A stretch of 20,000 bases of DNA from an uncultured virus (IMG/VR IMGVR_UViG_3300037455_000857) (lineage: Duplodnaviria > Heunggongvirae > Uroviricota > Caudoviricetes): IMG/VR virus record IMGVR_UViG_3300037455_000857. One strand, given 5' to 3'. Below, piece by piece: positions 1 through 9,227 of the stretch. The notes under the pieces are model-generated. The model made no database searches and had not been told where the DNA came from. It worked only from the letters and a program-made list of their open reading frames with translations. The position numbers and the translations under genes are program-made. Each line of letters opens with the position of its first letter. The stretch's first letter is position 1.

Positions 1-37
1 TCAGTTTCTCCGATATGTATTCCTCGTATGTTTTCAT
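1..37 (-). CDS. 5' end of another leader-family gene, running off the left edge (MKTYEEYISEKL...)
   Basis: Hand translation from the ATG at 37 gives MKTYEEYISEKL. It starts 6 bp after the stop of 44..559 and matches the family motif x-x-E-KL. Confidence 0.75.
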   Translation of the reverse strand, partial: MKTYEEYISEKL

Positions 38-43
38 AATCCG

Positions 44-559
44 TTAATCTTTCACAAACCTCAAGTTGAGGAAATATTTTGATTTGTCTATTGATTCGAG
101 ATACAGTGTGTCAACCCGTTTCTCGCCGTTGAATATATACGGCACACCGTCAATGTCACACCAAAACGAGAATCTTGTTCCGTTCACAATGTTCTCACCA
201 ACGTACACCTCGCCGCACAGTTTGAAATTCAGACCGTATTTGTCATAGCCGCCGTTGTCTTTGGAAATGAGGTCTGTCGGATTGTCGGTCAGTTGTCTGA
301 CCACGTTCACATCGTGTCCGTGCGGTATGTGCCAACCTTTCGGCGTTATGCGTTTTGCAGCGTCAAACGAGTAGAATACCTCGTTGTCATAAACGAAATA
401 GTCCTCGCCCTTGACGAGACCGTCTGTTTTGTTGTAGTTGCGCGAAGACCAAGTCACCCCGTTCACTGTTACGGGAAGCATAAGTGAATTGAGACGTTCT
501 TTCGTGACGGGCTGTATGTTCAGTTTCTCGTTGAATTGCCGTGTATTCAGTATCTTCAT
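44..559 (-). CDS. Leader-family protein with a FISUMP (Fibrobacter succinogenes major paralogous)-like domain
   Basis: N-terminus MKILNTRQFNEKLNIQP, then VNGVTWSSRN...YSFDAAKRITPKGWHIP...FW...LRFVKD. This follows the FISUMP pattern (W-x-x-x-N, P-x-GW-x-(I/L)-P, terminal R-x-V-K-D), recognised by eye. Confidence 0.8.
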   Translation of the reverse strand: MKILNTRQFNEKLNIQPVTKERLNSLMLPVTVNGVTWSSRNYNKTDGLVKGEDYFVYDNEVFYSFDAAKRITPKGWHIPHGHDVNVVRQLTDNPTDLISKDNGGYDKYGLNFKLCGEVYVGENIVNGTRFSFWCDIDGVPYIFNGEKRVDTLYLESIDKSKYFLNLRFVKD

Positions 560-581
560 ATATGCGCTATATTATTCGATT

Positions 582-1298
582 TTATTGTAATTTTTTGTCA
601 TCAGTAACAACAATGCCGCCGACCCAACTTGGTTTGGTTTTTGGCGATTTCAATCGCGGGTTGTTTGAACAATAAAAGTTACCGCCGACTTTTTTCATTG
701 CACCATTAATTGATATTATCTGATTGTATTCACAATCCAAATCTCTGCCGATTTCTATAGGTGCGTGTTTGAGTGATTCTATTTTGTTTTTACGGCAGGA
801 AAAATTCTTTCCGACAAACCTTGGTGCGCCTTCAAGCGATGTTAAATTGTTGGCTTCGCAATAAAAACTGCCGTTCACTTTCTGCGGTGCGCCTTCAAGC
901 GATGTCAATTGGTCATCATCACAAAAAAAGTCACCACCAATTTCCTGCGGTGCGCCTTTAAGTGATTCCAATTTGTTGCCATCGCAGTAAAAATTTTCAC
1001 CAATTTTCTTTGGCATACCGTAAAGCGATTTGAGTTTGCAATAATTGCAAATGACCGAGCCTTTAACTATGCCGAATTTGATTTTCAATTTACCATTTTT
1101 ATCAACTACACGAAAATCAATGGTGATGTCACCATCGCAGTCATATAGTCTCGACAATTTGTTCCACACAAGTTCGTATTGGTTGATGAATGATTTTGCT
1201 TTATCATCAACCATTGGTTCATCAAACCTTTTGTCGTCACCGACAATCGGCTTGATATTCAATTTCTCGTTGAATTGCTGTGTGTTCAGTACCTTCAT
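582..1298 (-). CDS. Leader-family protein with 21-aa LRR-like solenoid repeats
   Basis: Start reassigned to the ATG at 1298 (MKVLNTQQFNEKLNIKP). About 6-7 tandem 21-aa units of GxFxCxxNxLxSLxGAPxxVG. Confidence 0.85.
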   Translation of the reverse strand: MKVLNTQQFNEKLNIKPIVGDDKRFDEPMVDDKAKSFINQYELVWNKLSRLYDCDGDITIDFRVVDKNGKLKIKFGIVKGSVICNYCKLKSLYGMPKKIGENFYCDGNKLESLKGAPQEIGGDFFCDDDQLTSLEGAPQKVNGSFYCEANNLTSLEGAPRFVGKNFSCRKNKIESLKHAPIEIGRDLDCEYNQIISINGAMKKVGGNFYCSNNPRLKSPKTKPSWVGGIVVTDDKKLQ

Positions 1299-1317
1299 AT
1301 ATGCGCTATATATTACA

Positions 1318-1770
1318 TTATTTATCCCTTTGCCAAATAAGTTCCATATCATCTCTGTTTATCGGCGGGTCTATGAAATAAACTGAAGGATATGGTTGTT
1401 CCGATTTGCCTCTGTATATAGACATAACTTTTTTGATTGTGAACGACTTTGTGTCAACAAGGTTGATGTCGAAACGTGAAAGAGGCATCGTGATAAACCT
1501 GCTCTGTTTCTTGCTGTATGCCACGAATCCTCCATCCGAATATTCTTCACCGAACATACCTATCTTTGACGGATAATGTTCATTGCAATCCTCTTTTGAT
1601 ATGTAAACGTATGGGATGTTTTTTGTTGACGGGCTGAAATCGATGTCAATCACAACGAAGTCGCCGCTTTGCAGAAGTCGCTTCGGTGTCTTTGTGTTTT
1701 TCAGTCGTTCCTTGCTTATCGGCTGTATGTTGAGTCTTTCGTTAAATTGCTTTAAGTCAAGTATTTCCAT
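1318..1770 (-). CDS. Leader-family protein, one TGD-type domain
   Basis: Start at 1770 (MEILDLKQFNERLNIQP). Contains LQSGDFVV...YISKED...IYR...PPI...LIW. Confidence 0.85.
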   Translation of the reverse strand: MEILDLKQFNERLNIQPISKERLKNTKTPKRLLQSGDFVVIDIDFSPSTKNIPYVYISKEDCNEHYPSKIGMFGEEYSDGGFVAYSKKQSRFITMPLSRFDINLVDTKSFTIKKVMSIYRGKSEQPYPSVYFIDPPINRDDMELIWQRDK

Positions 1771-1771
1771 A

Positions 1772-2782
1772 TTAAAAGTCATATATTGATTTTTCCATTT
1801 GTGTAAAGTCCTGCTTGTATTTTTTCAATGCATCCAACTCTTCTTTTGTGTATGGTCGAATCCATATCTTTTCACCCTCATTTGACGGATTGTGGAAATA
1901 TTTTACGTCCAACGGCTGTTTTATGTTTTTGTTCCTTATGATAAGGTCAAGAACAATGCCTTTCAATGTTTTCCTTGTTTCCTCAAGTCTTTCATTGAAA
2001 TTGGCAAGCCTTTCGTATTTGAACTCCACAGACTGTAAACCATTGTACTTGCCAATAATATTTTTGGTTTTCGAATACACGAGTATGCCCGTGTCGCTTA
2101 TCCAATCTGGTTCATAAAGATTCAGTTCAAGTATTTTTTCATAATCATATTTGAAATAATCGTCCTTTGATATAAACACATAGAATTGGTGTGTCTTTGT
2201 CTTTATATTATGTGCGAACACAACGTCTCCCGTTTCCAATCGCTTTTTCGGCGGGACGGATTCTTTTGCGAGACGTTCCTTGCTCATAGGCTGTATTGAC
2301 AATTTTTCAGACACACTTTCGACAACTTTCAATGATTTGTTTTTCCATATCAGCCTGCCGTTGTCAATAGGCGGGTACAGTAAGTAATCCTCCGACAGAG
2401 GGAGTTTGATGCCGTTCACTCTGTATATCGCCGTTATGTAATGGTTGTCAAAAATACCGTTTGGTTCAAGATTGTCGTTGAATCCAGACAAGTGCATATA
2501 GGAATACGAGCCTTTCCATTTTACTTCGTAATGCAGCAATATTCCTTCCGCCGACTTTTCTTTTTGATAGTCGCCCTCAAGATACACATAATCCCTTATA
2601 TTGTCCTTTTCTATGTAAACATAGGGTACTTTGTTTCTTTCGGTCAACTTACTTCCGTATTTCATCACCATTACTATATCGCCCGTTTTCAGCATCTGTT
2701 TCGGTTTTAGCAATGTGTTTTTTAGCCTATCGTTTGATATTGGCTGTATGTTGAGTTTCTCGCTCAACTGTTCGGTATTCAT
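1772..2782 (-). CDS. Leader-family protein, two TGD-type modules
   Basis: The ATG at 2782 overlaps the upstream stop (TAATG); an alternative TTG at 2791 gives (M)EIMNTEQLSEKL. An internal second motif, SVSEKLSIQPMSKERL, is present. Confidence 0.85.
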   Translation of the reverse strand: MNTEQLSEKLNIQPISNDRLKNTLLKPKQMLKTGDIVMVMKYGSKLTERNKVPYVYIEKDNIRDYVYLEGDYQKEKSAEGILLHYEVKWKGSYSYMHLSGFNDNLEPNGIFDNHYITAIYRVNGIKLPLSEDYLLYPPIDNGRLIWKNKSLKVVESVSEKLSIQPMSKERLAKESVPPKKRLETGDVVFAHNIKTKTHQFYVFISKDDYFKYDYEKILELNLYEPDWISDTGILVYSKTKNIIGKYNGLQSVEFKYERLANFNERLEETRKTLKGIVLDLIIRNKNIKQPLDVKYFHNPSNEGEKIWIRPYTKEELDALKKYKQDFTQMEKSIYDF

Positions 2783-4614
2783 TATCTCCAAGCCTCGTCC
2801 CATATAAGATTTGTTTTTTTCGCAATGTAGTTTATGTTTTCAAAAAAATTTATGTCAATATGCGGTTCAGCCGCAATTCTGTAAACGCGCAGGACTTTTG
2901 TGTTCAAGTTCATTTGCAGACTGCTGTTGTATTCTGAAAGGAAATCCCTTGTGAAATAATTTGCCTTTTCCAAAAATACAAACGCACCTTCTTCTGATTC
3001 TTTGTAGTGTGACATAGGCAGGAAGAAATTGAACAGTTTGTCGTACTTCCCGCTTGCAACGTCCTCCGCCGATATGAATACGGTGGCGATGTGACCTTTT
3101 TGGTTTCCTATGATTGCTATGTCGCCCGTCTTGAAATTAGCCCTCATATCCCACGGTGTTTTGTACTTCACCATAGGAAATGTGTTTTTCAGACGTTCTT
3201 TGCTTATTGGTTTTATATTCAGTTTCTCGTTCATCTTCATAGGTCTTTTGGCGAAACCGTGTTCAGCAGTCCAATAGCATTCGGCGAATGACACGGGAGG
3301 TCTTTGTATGTATTCTATCGAAATCCTGCTGTTTTGGCTGAAGTCTTTTATCCGAAGCAATGCAGACACATACAAAGGGTTTGACGCTTTTGAAACAAGT
3401 TTGTCGTCAATGTCCTCGATGTATCGCCAAACATAGGTGTTGTCCCCAAACGGACGGACAAAGCACCCGTTGAGGTTGTATTCCTCCATTGATTTAAGCA
3501 TTGAGCCAAACGGGTATTCTAAATGCTTTTGCTTCTTTAGGTACTCACGTGTCACATACACTCTGTAATGATAGTGTCCGCTTTCGTTGCATTGCGCTAT
3601 GTCGCCGCATTTTATGTGTGTTCTTATATCGTTCACATCGGAAGCGGTTTTTGCGAGTCGTTTATTTGACATAGGCTGTATGTTCAGTTTTTCCAAAACG
3701 GATACATTCAGACCTTCTTCGGGTGTCCAATAAATCTTTCCGTAATCAATTGGCGGTGCTTTGATGTATTCATTCATCGCGAAATCATTTGGGTCAAACT
3801 CATTCAGCCTCCACAACGCCTCTATCTGTGCGCCTTTTCCGTTATTGGCGACAAGAGATTCGTTATATGTTTTTATGACGCATATAGCGAAAACATCCCC
3901 GCTGACCGAATACACGAACCCGCCGCTTGAATTTTCCGTTTTCAGTTTTTGGTAAATTAGGTCAAACGGATATTGATTGCTCTGTTTTTTGGCAAAGTCG
4001 TATGTTATAAACACGGCATATTTCGTATCGCCAAAGGTTTCGCATCGCGCTATGTCGCCGCATTTCAAGTGTGTTCTGATGTCGTTCATATCGGAAACGG
4101 TTTTTGTAAGACGTTCCTTTGACATAGGTTGTATGTTAAGTTTCTCGGACACATCGCCAATGCGCTTGTATATGATTTCCGATTTGTTTTTGAGCGACTT
4201 TATGTCCAAGAAAAATTCATCGTCAAACGGCTGCTCTATGTCAAAGCACCTCGCGATTTCAACTATCTTGTCGCCCCACTTGTTTTCCATTTTGTCGTTC
4301 ATATACCTGCTCAAGCAAGTGTAGGTGTAGCGGTCGTCCGTCCTATGGACAAGCACACCCTCATTCGCGTCTTTGTTGAACCCAACGGATGTTATTTTCA
4401 GCAGGTCGTTGTAATAGTATTTGTTCAAGTCCTCATAAGACAGAAATATGTATTCGTTCAGCATTCCGAGCATTATGGATTCTCTGTGATGTTCCATAAC
4501 TATCACGTCACCGCTTTTCAAACGGTCTTTCCACCCAAGCCTTTCGATTATGCGGGCGTGTCGTATTTTCATACGGTTTGGTGCTATGGGCTGTATGTTA
4601 AGTTTCTCGTTCAT
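2782..4614 (-). CDS. Leader-family protein, four tandem TGD-type modules (610 aa)
   Basis: Four motif copies (MNEKLNIQP, VSEKLNIQP, VLEKLNIQP, MNEKLNIKP), each followed by a (T/S/C)GD(I/V) domain. Confidence 0.9.
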   Translation of the reverse strand: MNEKLNIQPIAPNRMKIRHARIIERLGWKDRLKSGDVIVMEHHRESIMLGMLNEYIFLSYEDLNKYYYNDLLKITSVGFNKDANEGVLVHRTDDRYTYTCLSRYMNDKMENKWGDKIVEIARCFDIEQPFDDEFFLDIKSLKNKSEIIYKRIGDVSEKLNIQPMSKERLTKTVSDMNDIRTHLKCGDIARCETFGDTKYAVFITYDFAKKQSNQYPFDLIYQKLKTENSSGGFVYSVSGDVFAICVIKTYNESLVANNGKGAQIEALWRLNEFDPNDFAMNEYIKAPPIDYGKIYWTPEEGLNVSVLEKLNIQPMSNKRLAKTASDVNDIRTHIKCGDIAQCNESGHYHYRVYVTREYLKKQKHLEYPFGSMLKSMEEYNLNGCFVRPFGDNTYVWRYIEDIDDKLVSKASNPLYVSALLRIKDFSQNSRISIEYIQRPPVSFAECYWTAEHGFAKRPMKMNEKLNIKPISKERLKNTFPMVKYKTPWDMRANFKTGDIAIIGNQKGHIATVFISAEDVASGKYDKLFNFFLPMSHYKESEEGAFVFLEKANYFTRDFLSEYNSSLQMNLNTKVLRVYRIAAEPHIDINFFENINYIAKKTNLIWDEAWR

Positions 4615-4625
4615 TGTATTGTTGT

Positions 4626-5768
4626 TTATTTGTCTTTGCAGAATCTCAATGACAGTCTGTATTTGTGTTTGTCGGACTTGTTTATGGAATCAGTCCAAGC
4701 ATTGCCTCTTGGGTTGTTCATAGTACCCATAACCTTTAACATATAGGCTAAAGGTTTTCTTATTGTGCCGAATTGTGAAATATCGTTATAGTAATGTTCA
4801 ACCCAAAACTCTGTGTATTTGTCGTTACCAAGTCTGTGTGTGTCGTAAAGCACGCCAATAAGTTTGGCGCAGAATCCCAATTCGTCACTTCCGCCGTATT
4901 CTTTGGATACGAGCGAAAGATAGTTTCTATCAGAAACGCAGTCGAGAAGGTCATCGCAGTCTTTGACTGTCGGTATTCTCCATCCTTTTGGAATAACGAG
5001 TTTTGCCGCGTTCATTGAATAGAAAATCTCCCCGTTTGCTTCAATGTAGTCGTTTCCTTCAACAAGAGGCTCTCCGTCATTTGTGAACAGTATTTTGGCA
5101 TTTTCGGCACTCCAAAGTTTGTTGCCGATTTGAACACTTTTTATGTGTGTTGTGTTTTTGAGACGCTCGCTTGATATGGGCTGTATGTTGAGTTTCTCGT
5201 TTACGTTCTTATAGAACATATTGTAGATTTCCCGCAAGGCGTTTGTGTTTATGTCCGTGTCATAGAACGGCTGTTTCGGGACAATGCCTGGTCTGTATAT
5301 CACGGATATTGCTTCAAACGAATACGGCTTCGGGGGTATTGCAATTGGTCTTTCGTCACCAAAATAGTCTATGCACAAGAAATGGTGTTTGTGCGAGTCG
5401 TTTCCGCAGTATCTGTTTTTCTCCAAGTATTCGTGTATGTCCGAGCCGTATCCTATGAGAATGCCGTTTTTGATGTATTCCTTTCTGTTAGGATATAACT
5501 TGAAAAAGTCGTACAGTTTGTCGTATTCGTATTTCATATAGTCTTTGTATGAAACATATCTGTACTTTTTTTCTATAAACGGTATGTTCGTGTTCTCGTG
5601 CATTCTCGTGACGACAACGACATCGCCGCTTTCAAGACGGCGTTTCCAACCATACCTTTCAAACGGGTCGGTACGCAGCGCGTCAGAAGCGTTTTTCAGC
5701 GCGTCTTTCGACAAAGGCTTTATATTCAGTTTCTCGTCTATATATTCTGTTGTTCCGAGTATTTTCAT
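4626..5768 (-). CDS. Leader-family protein: TGD-type module plus FISUMP-like module
   Basis: MKILGTTEYIDEKLNIKP, internal NVNEKLNIQP, then QIGNKLWSAEN...PKGWRIPT...GF...FW...LSLRFCKD. Confidence 0.88.
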   Translation of the reverse strand: MKILGTTEYIDEKLNIKPLSKDALKNASDALRTDPFERYGWKRRLESGDVVVVTRMHENTNIPFIEKKYRYVSYKDYMKYEYDKLYDFFKLYPNRKEYIKNGILIGYGSDIHEYLEKNRYCGNDSHKHHFLCIDYFGDERPIAIPPKPYSFEAISVIYRPGIVPKQPFYDTDINTNALREIYNMFYKNVNEKLNIQPISSERLKNTTHIKSVQIGNKLWSAENAKILFTNDGEPLVEGNDYIEANGEIFYSMNAAKLVIPKGWRIPTVKDCDDLLDCVSDRNYLSLVSKEYGGSDELGFCAKLIGVLYDTHRLGNDKYTEFWVEHYYNDISQFGTIRKPLAYMLKVMGTMNNPRGNAWTDSINKSDKHKYRLSLRFCKDK

Positions 5769-5778
5769 AAATTTCAGT

Positions 5779-6849
5779 TTATCTTTCCCAAATTTTCACA
5801 GCCTTGTATATGGGCTGTTCTTTGAAATATTCCACGTCAAGCGGGAGTTTCAGATTGACGAATCGCCACACCACCCATATACAATAGTCTTTTCCGTTTT
5901 GCGTGAGGTTTGAATCCAACTGCGCGAGGTCTGTCCGTGTGAACGTTTCCTTGCCCGCATCATATGGGGCGTGCTTGTAAAAGATGATGAACACGCCATC
6001 CTTGTAGAATCGCGTATCGCGGAGTGCGATTGCAAATCCGAAATATTTGTCATAGGTTTCGTTCTCAATGTCTTCCTTTGATATGTACACGCCTATGTGC
6101 TTGGTATTGGGTTTTCCAATCAAGGCAATGTCGCCCGTCTTGAAGTTGGCACGCATATCCATCGCGCTATTATAATGTACTATATGGTTGCGCAGCCGTT
6201 CTCTTGATATAGGCTGTATGTTGAGTTTTTCTTTAAGCGGTTTTATGTTTTTGAGATTCCATTTCGAAGAATCCCCGCTCAAACTTGTAACGGTTTGGAA
6301 CATAGTGTCTATGTTCTGGATATTGTCCGTTTTTATCTGTGTGTCGTTGCGCTTTCTTTTCCATATAAGTTCATACCCATTGTCTTCAAACGATGCCGTC
6401 ATACATACTTTTTTAACCAAATCCGTTGGATTTATCGACTTCAGATTTTTGTGTCTGAAAATGGCTATAACCGTTCTGTGTGTTATGGTCGGGCTTTGGC
6501 TTGTTTCTTGCAAGTTGTTGTCGAATTCATCCAACAGAGTGTATGTCAGACGGTTTACGTCTCCGCAATAGTTTATGATACAACCGCTGTGGTTGGTATC
6601 GTTGTTCACTATATCTTGGTTGAGTCCGCATTTGGAATAGTCATTGTATGCCACAAACATTCCCATTGAAAGAGTGATGCCGCCGAATGCCTGCTCGTCT
6701 TTTATAGTAAGCAAGTCCCCCGTTTGCAGGTTGGAACGCATATAGTGTGGAGTCATTCTATCCCCCACACGCTCGTTGCGCAGTCTTTCGTCCGAAATGG
6801 GCTTTATATTCAGTTTCTCGTTAAGTTGTCTTGTGTTCAGTACTTTCAT
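5779..6849 (-). CDS. Leader-family protein, two TGD-type modules
   Basis: MKVLNTRQLNEKLNIKP and internal PLKEKLNIQP; ATGA overlap with the upstream gene. Confidence 0.88.
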   Translation of the reverse strand: MKVLNTRQLNEKLNIKPISDERLRNERVGDRMTPHYMRSNLQTGDLLTIKDEQAFGGITLSMGMFVAYNDYSKCGLNQDIVNNDTNHSGCIINYCGDVNRLTYTLLDEFDNNLQETSQSPTITHRTVIAIFRHKNLKSINPTDLVKKVCMTASFEDNGYELIWKRKRNDTQIKTDNIQNIDTMFQTVTSLSGDSSKWNLKNIKPLKEKLNIQPISRERLRNHIVHYNSAMDMRANFKTGDIALIGKPNTKHIGVYISKEDIENETYDKYFGFAIALRDTRFYKDGVFIIFYKHAPYDAGKETFTRTDLAQLDSNLTQNGKDYCIWVVWRFVNLKLPLDVEYFKEQPIYKAVKIWER

Positions 6850-8255
6850 AGCCTTGTGTTTTTTACTATTATTCCGTCAACCCTGCATTTGTCAAATATG
6901 CTGAAGTCGGAGATTCTCACGCAACCGTTAAGATTGATGTTTCCGCCAACGTATTCGGGTACTGCGCTGACATCGACCAAATTGTAGCAGAACGACAGCA
7001 CGAAGTCGCCGCTTATATTCAATGGGACATCGTTTATCCTTTCAAGATTCGTGCAATATGCGAAATCGAAATTGCCCTTTACTGTTTTTGGAGAGCCGTC
7101 AAATGAAACCAAATCCGTGCATTTGTTGAACAATGCGTCACCTCCTATTTCCTGCGGTGCGCCGATTAGGTTTTTCAGTTTGACGTTTCTGTTGCACCAA
7201 AAACCCCCGCCGACTTTCTGCGGTGCGCCTTCAAGGGTTTGCAGGTTTTCGCAGTTCGAGCAGTCCAAATTACCGATTACCTGCTTCGGTGCGCCTTTCA
7301 TTGTGAGCAGTCCCTTGCAGGACGAACAGTTGAAGTCAGAGCCTATTTCCTGCGGTGCGCCTTCGAGCGTTTCGATGTTGTTGCACATAGCGCAACTGAA
7401 CCACCCGCCGACTTTCTGCGGTGAGCCTTTCAGTGATGTCAGTCCTTGGCATCCAGCGCATTGGAAATTGCCTTTCACTTCTGTCGGCGCGTTTTCAAGC
7501 GAAACCAAGTCGGAGCAACCGCCGCTGTTGAAATTACCGCCCAACTTCCCAACGGGAACGGGTATTTTGCCGTCAACCAAGTCCTTGTCGTTCAGAATCA
7601 GATTTTCGATGCCGTCAAATCTCTGCGTGCTTACGTTGTATGTGAGGTGGTGATTCTCAACAAACGCTTTCTGCTCCAAACTCAAACGCGGAACAAGTCT
7701 GTCTTTGGGAAACGGGTGTATGTCGAGTTTCTCGTTCAAATTTGCGCCTCTCGCCCAAAGGAGTGAGAATATGTTTACTTTGTCGTTGAATTTGTTTCCG
7801 ATATACTCAAAGTCAATCGGTGTTTTCACAATGGACGGAACTCGATATACAGCATATATTCGATGTATGTTGTCTTTGTTTTTTATCTCGAAGTTTCGGT
7901 CAAACGATTTAAGATACTCGTAGTTGTTGTATTTGTCCCCGAATACGGAAACAAACACGCCTTCACCAACGTAGTCTTTGTTTAGAAAACACATACCAGT
8001 TTCGTTCATATAGTATTTTTCGTCTTTCATCCAATCCTCGTATGATATGTAAACTTGAAGTTTCGCGTTATACTCATCGTATTTGCTCCCGATTAAATGT
8101 CCTTCGGATATGATTGCGATGTCGCCCGTTTTGAAATTGGCACGCATTACTTCCTTTGTCTTATAAAGAGAGTAAAATCCGCCTTTAAACCTATTCATCG
8201 GAATTGGCTGTATGTTGAGTTTCTCGTTGAATTGCTTTGTGTTCAGTATTTTCAT
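6846..8255 (-). CDS. Leader-family protein: TGD-type module plus 22-aa LRR-like solenoid
   Basis: Start reassigned to the ATG at 8255 (MKILNTKQFNEKL). Internal NLNEKLDIHP is followed by about 9-10 units of GxFxCxxCxxLxSLxGAPxxVG. Confidence 0.88.
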   Translation of the reverse strand: MKILNTKQFNEKLNIQPIPMNRFKGGFYSLYKTKEVMRANFKTGDIAIISEGHLIGSKYDEYNAKLQVYISYEDWMKDEKYYMNETGMCFLNKDYVGEGVFVSVFGDKYNNYEYLKSFDRNFEIKNKDNIHRIYAVYRVPSIVKTPIDFEYIGNKFNDKVNIFSLLWARGANLNEKLDIHPFPKDRLVPRLSLEQKAFVENHHLTYNVSTQRFDGIENLILNDKDLVDGKIPVPVGKLGGNFNSGGCSDLVSLENAPTEVKGNFQCAGCQGLTSLKGSPQKVGGWFSCAMCNNIETLEGAPQEIGSDFNCSSCKGLLTMKGAPKQVIGNLDCSNCENLQTLEGAPQKVGGGFWCNRNVKLKNLIGAPQEIGGDALFNKCTDLVSFDGSPKTVKGNFDFAYCTNLERINDVPLNISGDFVLSFCYNLVDVSAVPEYVGGNINLNGCVRISDFSIFDKCRVDGIIVKNTRL

Positions 8256-8262
8256 ACATTGT

Positions 8263-8757
8263 TTATCTTTCCCAAATGATTTTTGCGTTTTTTGTGTTCG
8301 GATATTTGTAGTATTCTTCGTCAAACTTGCCGTGATTTATAAAAGGATTCCTATAAACGCAAATGATTTTGCTTTTTCCAATATGATAATCACTAATAAG
8401 TTCATCATTGTAACTGCTGCAATATTCATATACGAAACCGCTTGCATATGTTTTACTGCTAACGAACACACCGTCTCTGATATTATCGGAATAGTAATTC
8501 AAATTATTTAATCCAAGCAGTTTTCCGAATTGTTTGTCAATCAAATCTTCAAATGAAACATATACAGATTTTATGTCCGAACCGCTTGACACACCATTAT
8601 AATTCACCATTTCTGATATGACAATATCGCCAGTTTCGAAATTGTTGCGCATATCCTTTGGCGTGGCGTATTTTGCCGAAATGCGTTGCAATACATTCTT
8701 GTCGATAGGATGTATGTCGAGTTTCTCGTTGAATTGCCTTGTGTTCAGTATTTTCAT
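8263..8757 (-). CDS. Leader-family protein, one TGD-type domain
   Basis: MKILNTRQFNEKLDIHP...MRNNFETGDIV...IIWER; ATGA-coupled to the upstream gene. Confidence 0.88.
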   Translation of the reverse strand: MKILNTRQFNEKLDIHPIDKNVLQRISAKYATPKDMRNNFETGDIVISEMVNYNGVSSGSDIKSVYVSFEDLIDKQFGKLLGLNNLNYYSDNIRDGVFVSSKTYASGFVYEYCSSYNDELISDYHIGKSKIICVYRNPFINHGKFDEEYYKYPNTKNAKIIWER

Positions 8758-9221
8758 AAACGTTGTCTTTCTTTGTCATATATGAGTTTGCATCGTTCTT
8801 TCGGTGGATTCTTGAAATACATAGGTTTTAACGGTTGTGATATTTCTGACGGTCGATATACCTTTTCAACACAAACCGTTTTTAATCGAACCAAATCCTT
8901 GTCAAAATAATCGACAATTCCAAATCCAAGCGTTCCGAGGTATTTTGTGATAAAAACACCGTCTTCCAATTTCCCGTATTTCATCATATCATTAATGCTC
9001 ATATTAAGAAGTTCGTTATACTTGTATTCAGTCAAATCGTTTTTCGATACGAAAACACCGTCAACACCGCCGTTGGTTGAAAGGGTCACAATGTCACCAG
9101 TTTTGAAATCGGCACGCATATCTTCGGCTGATTTCGGTATGAATATGTTGTCGAGTCGTTCTTTTGACATCGGCTGTATGTCGAGTTTCTCGTTGAATTG
9201 ACTTGTGTTCAGTATCTTCAT
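8754..9221 (-). CDS. Leader-family protein, one TGD-type domain
   Basis: MKILNTSQFNEKLDIQPMSKERL...MRADFKTGDIV...YFKNPP. Confidence 0.88.
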   Translation of the reverse strand: MKILNTSQFNEKLDIQPMSKERLDNIFIPKSAEDMRADFKTGDIVTLSTNGGVDGVFVSKNDLTEYKYNELLNMSINDMMKYGKLEDGVFITKYLGTLGFGIVDYFDKDLVRLKTVCVEKVYRPSEISQPLKPMYFKNPPKERCKLIYDKERQRL

Positions 9222-9227
9222 ACGGCG

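Noticed and set aside
44..5768. Diversity-generating retroelement acting on the FISUMP-like or other paralogues
   Set aside because: No reverse transcriptase is in the window, and I saw no near-identical TR/VR pair differing only at adenines. It cannot be excluded elsewhere in the genome.
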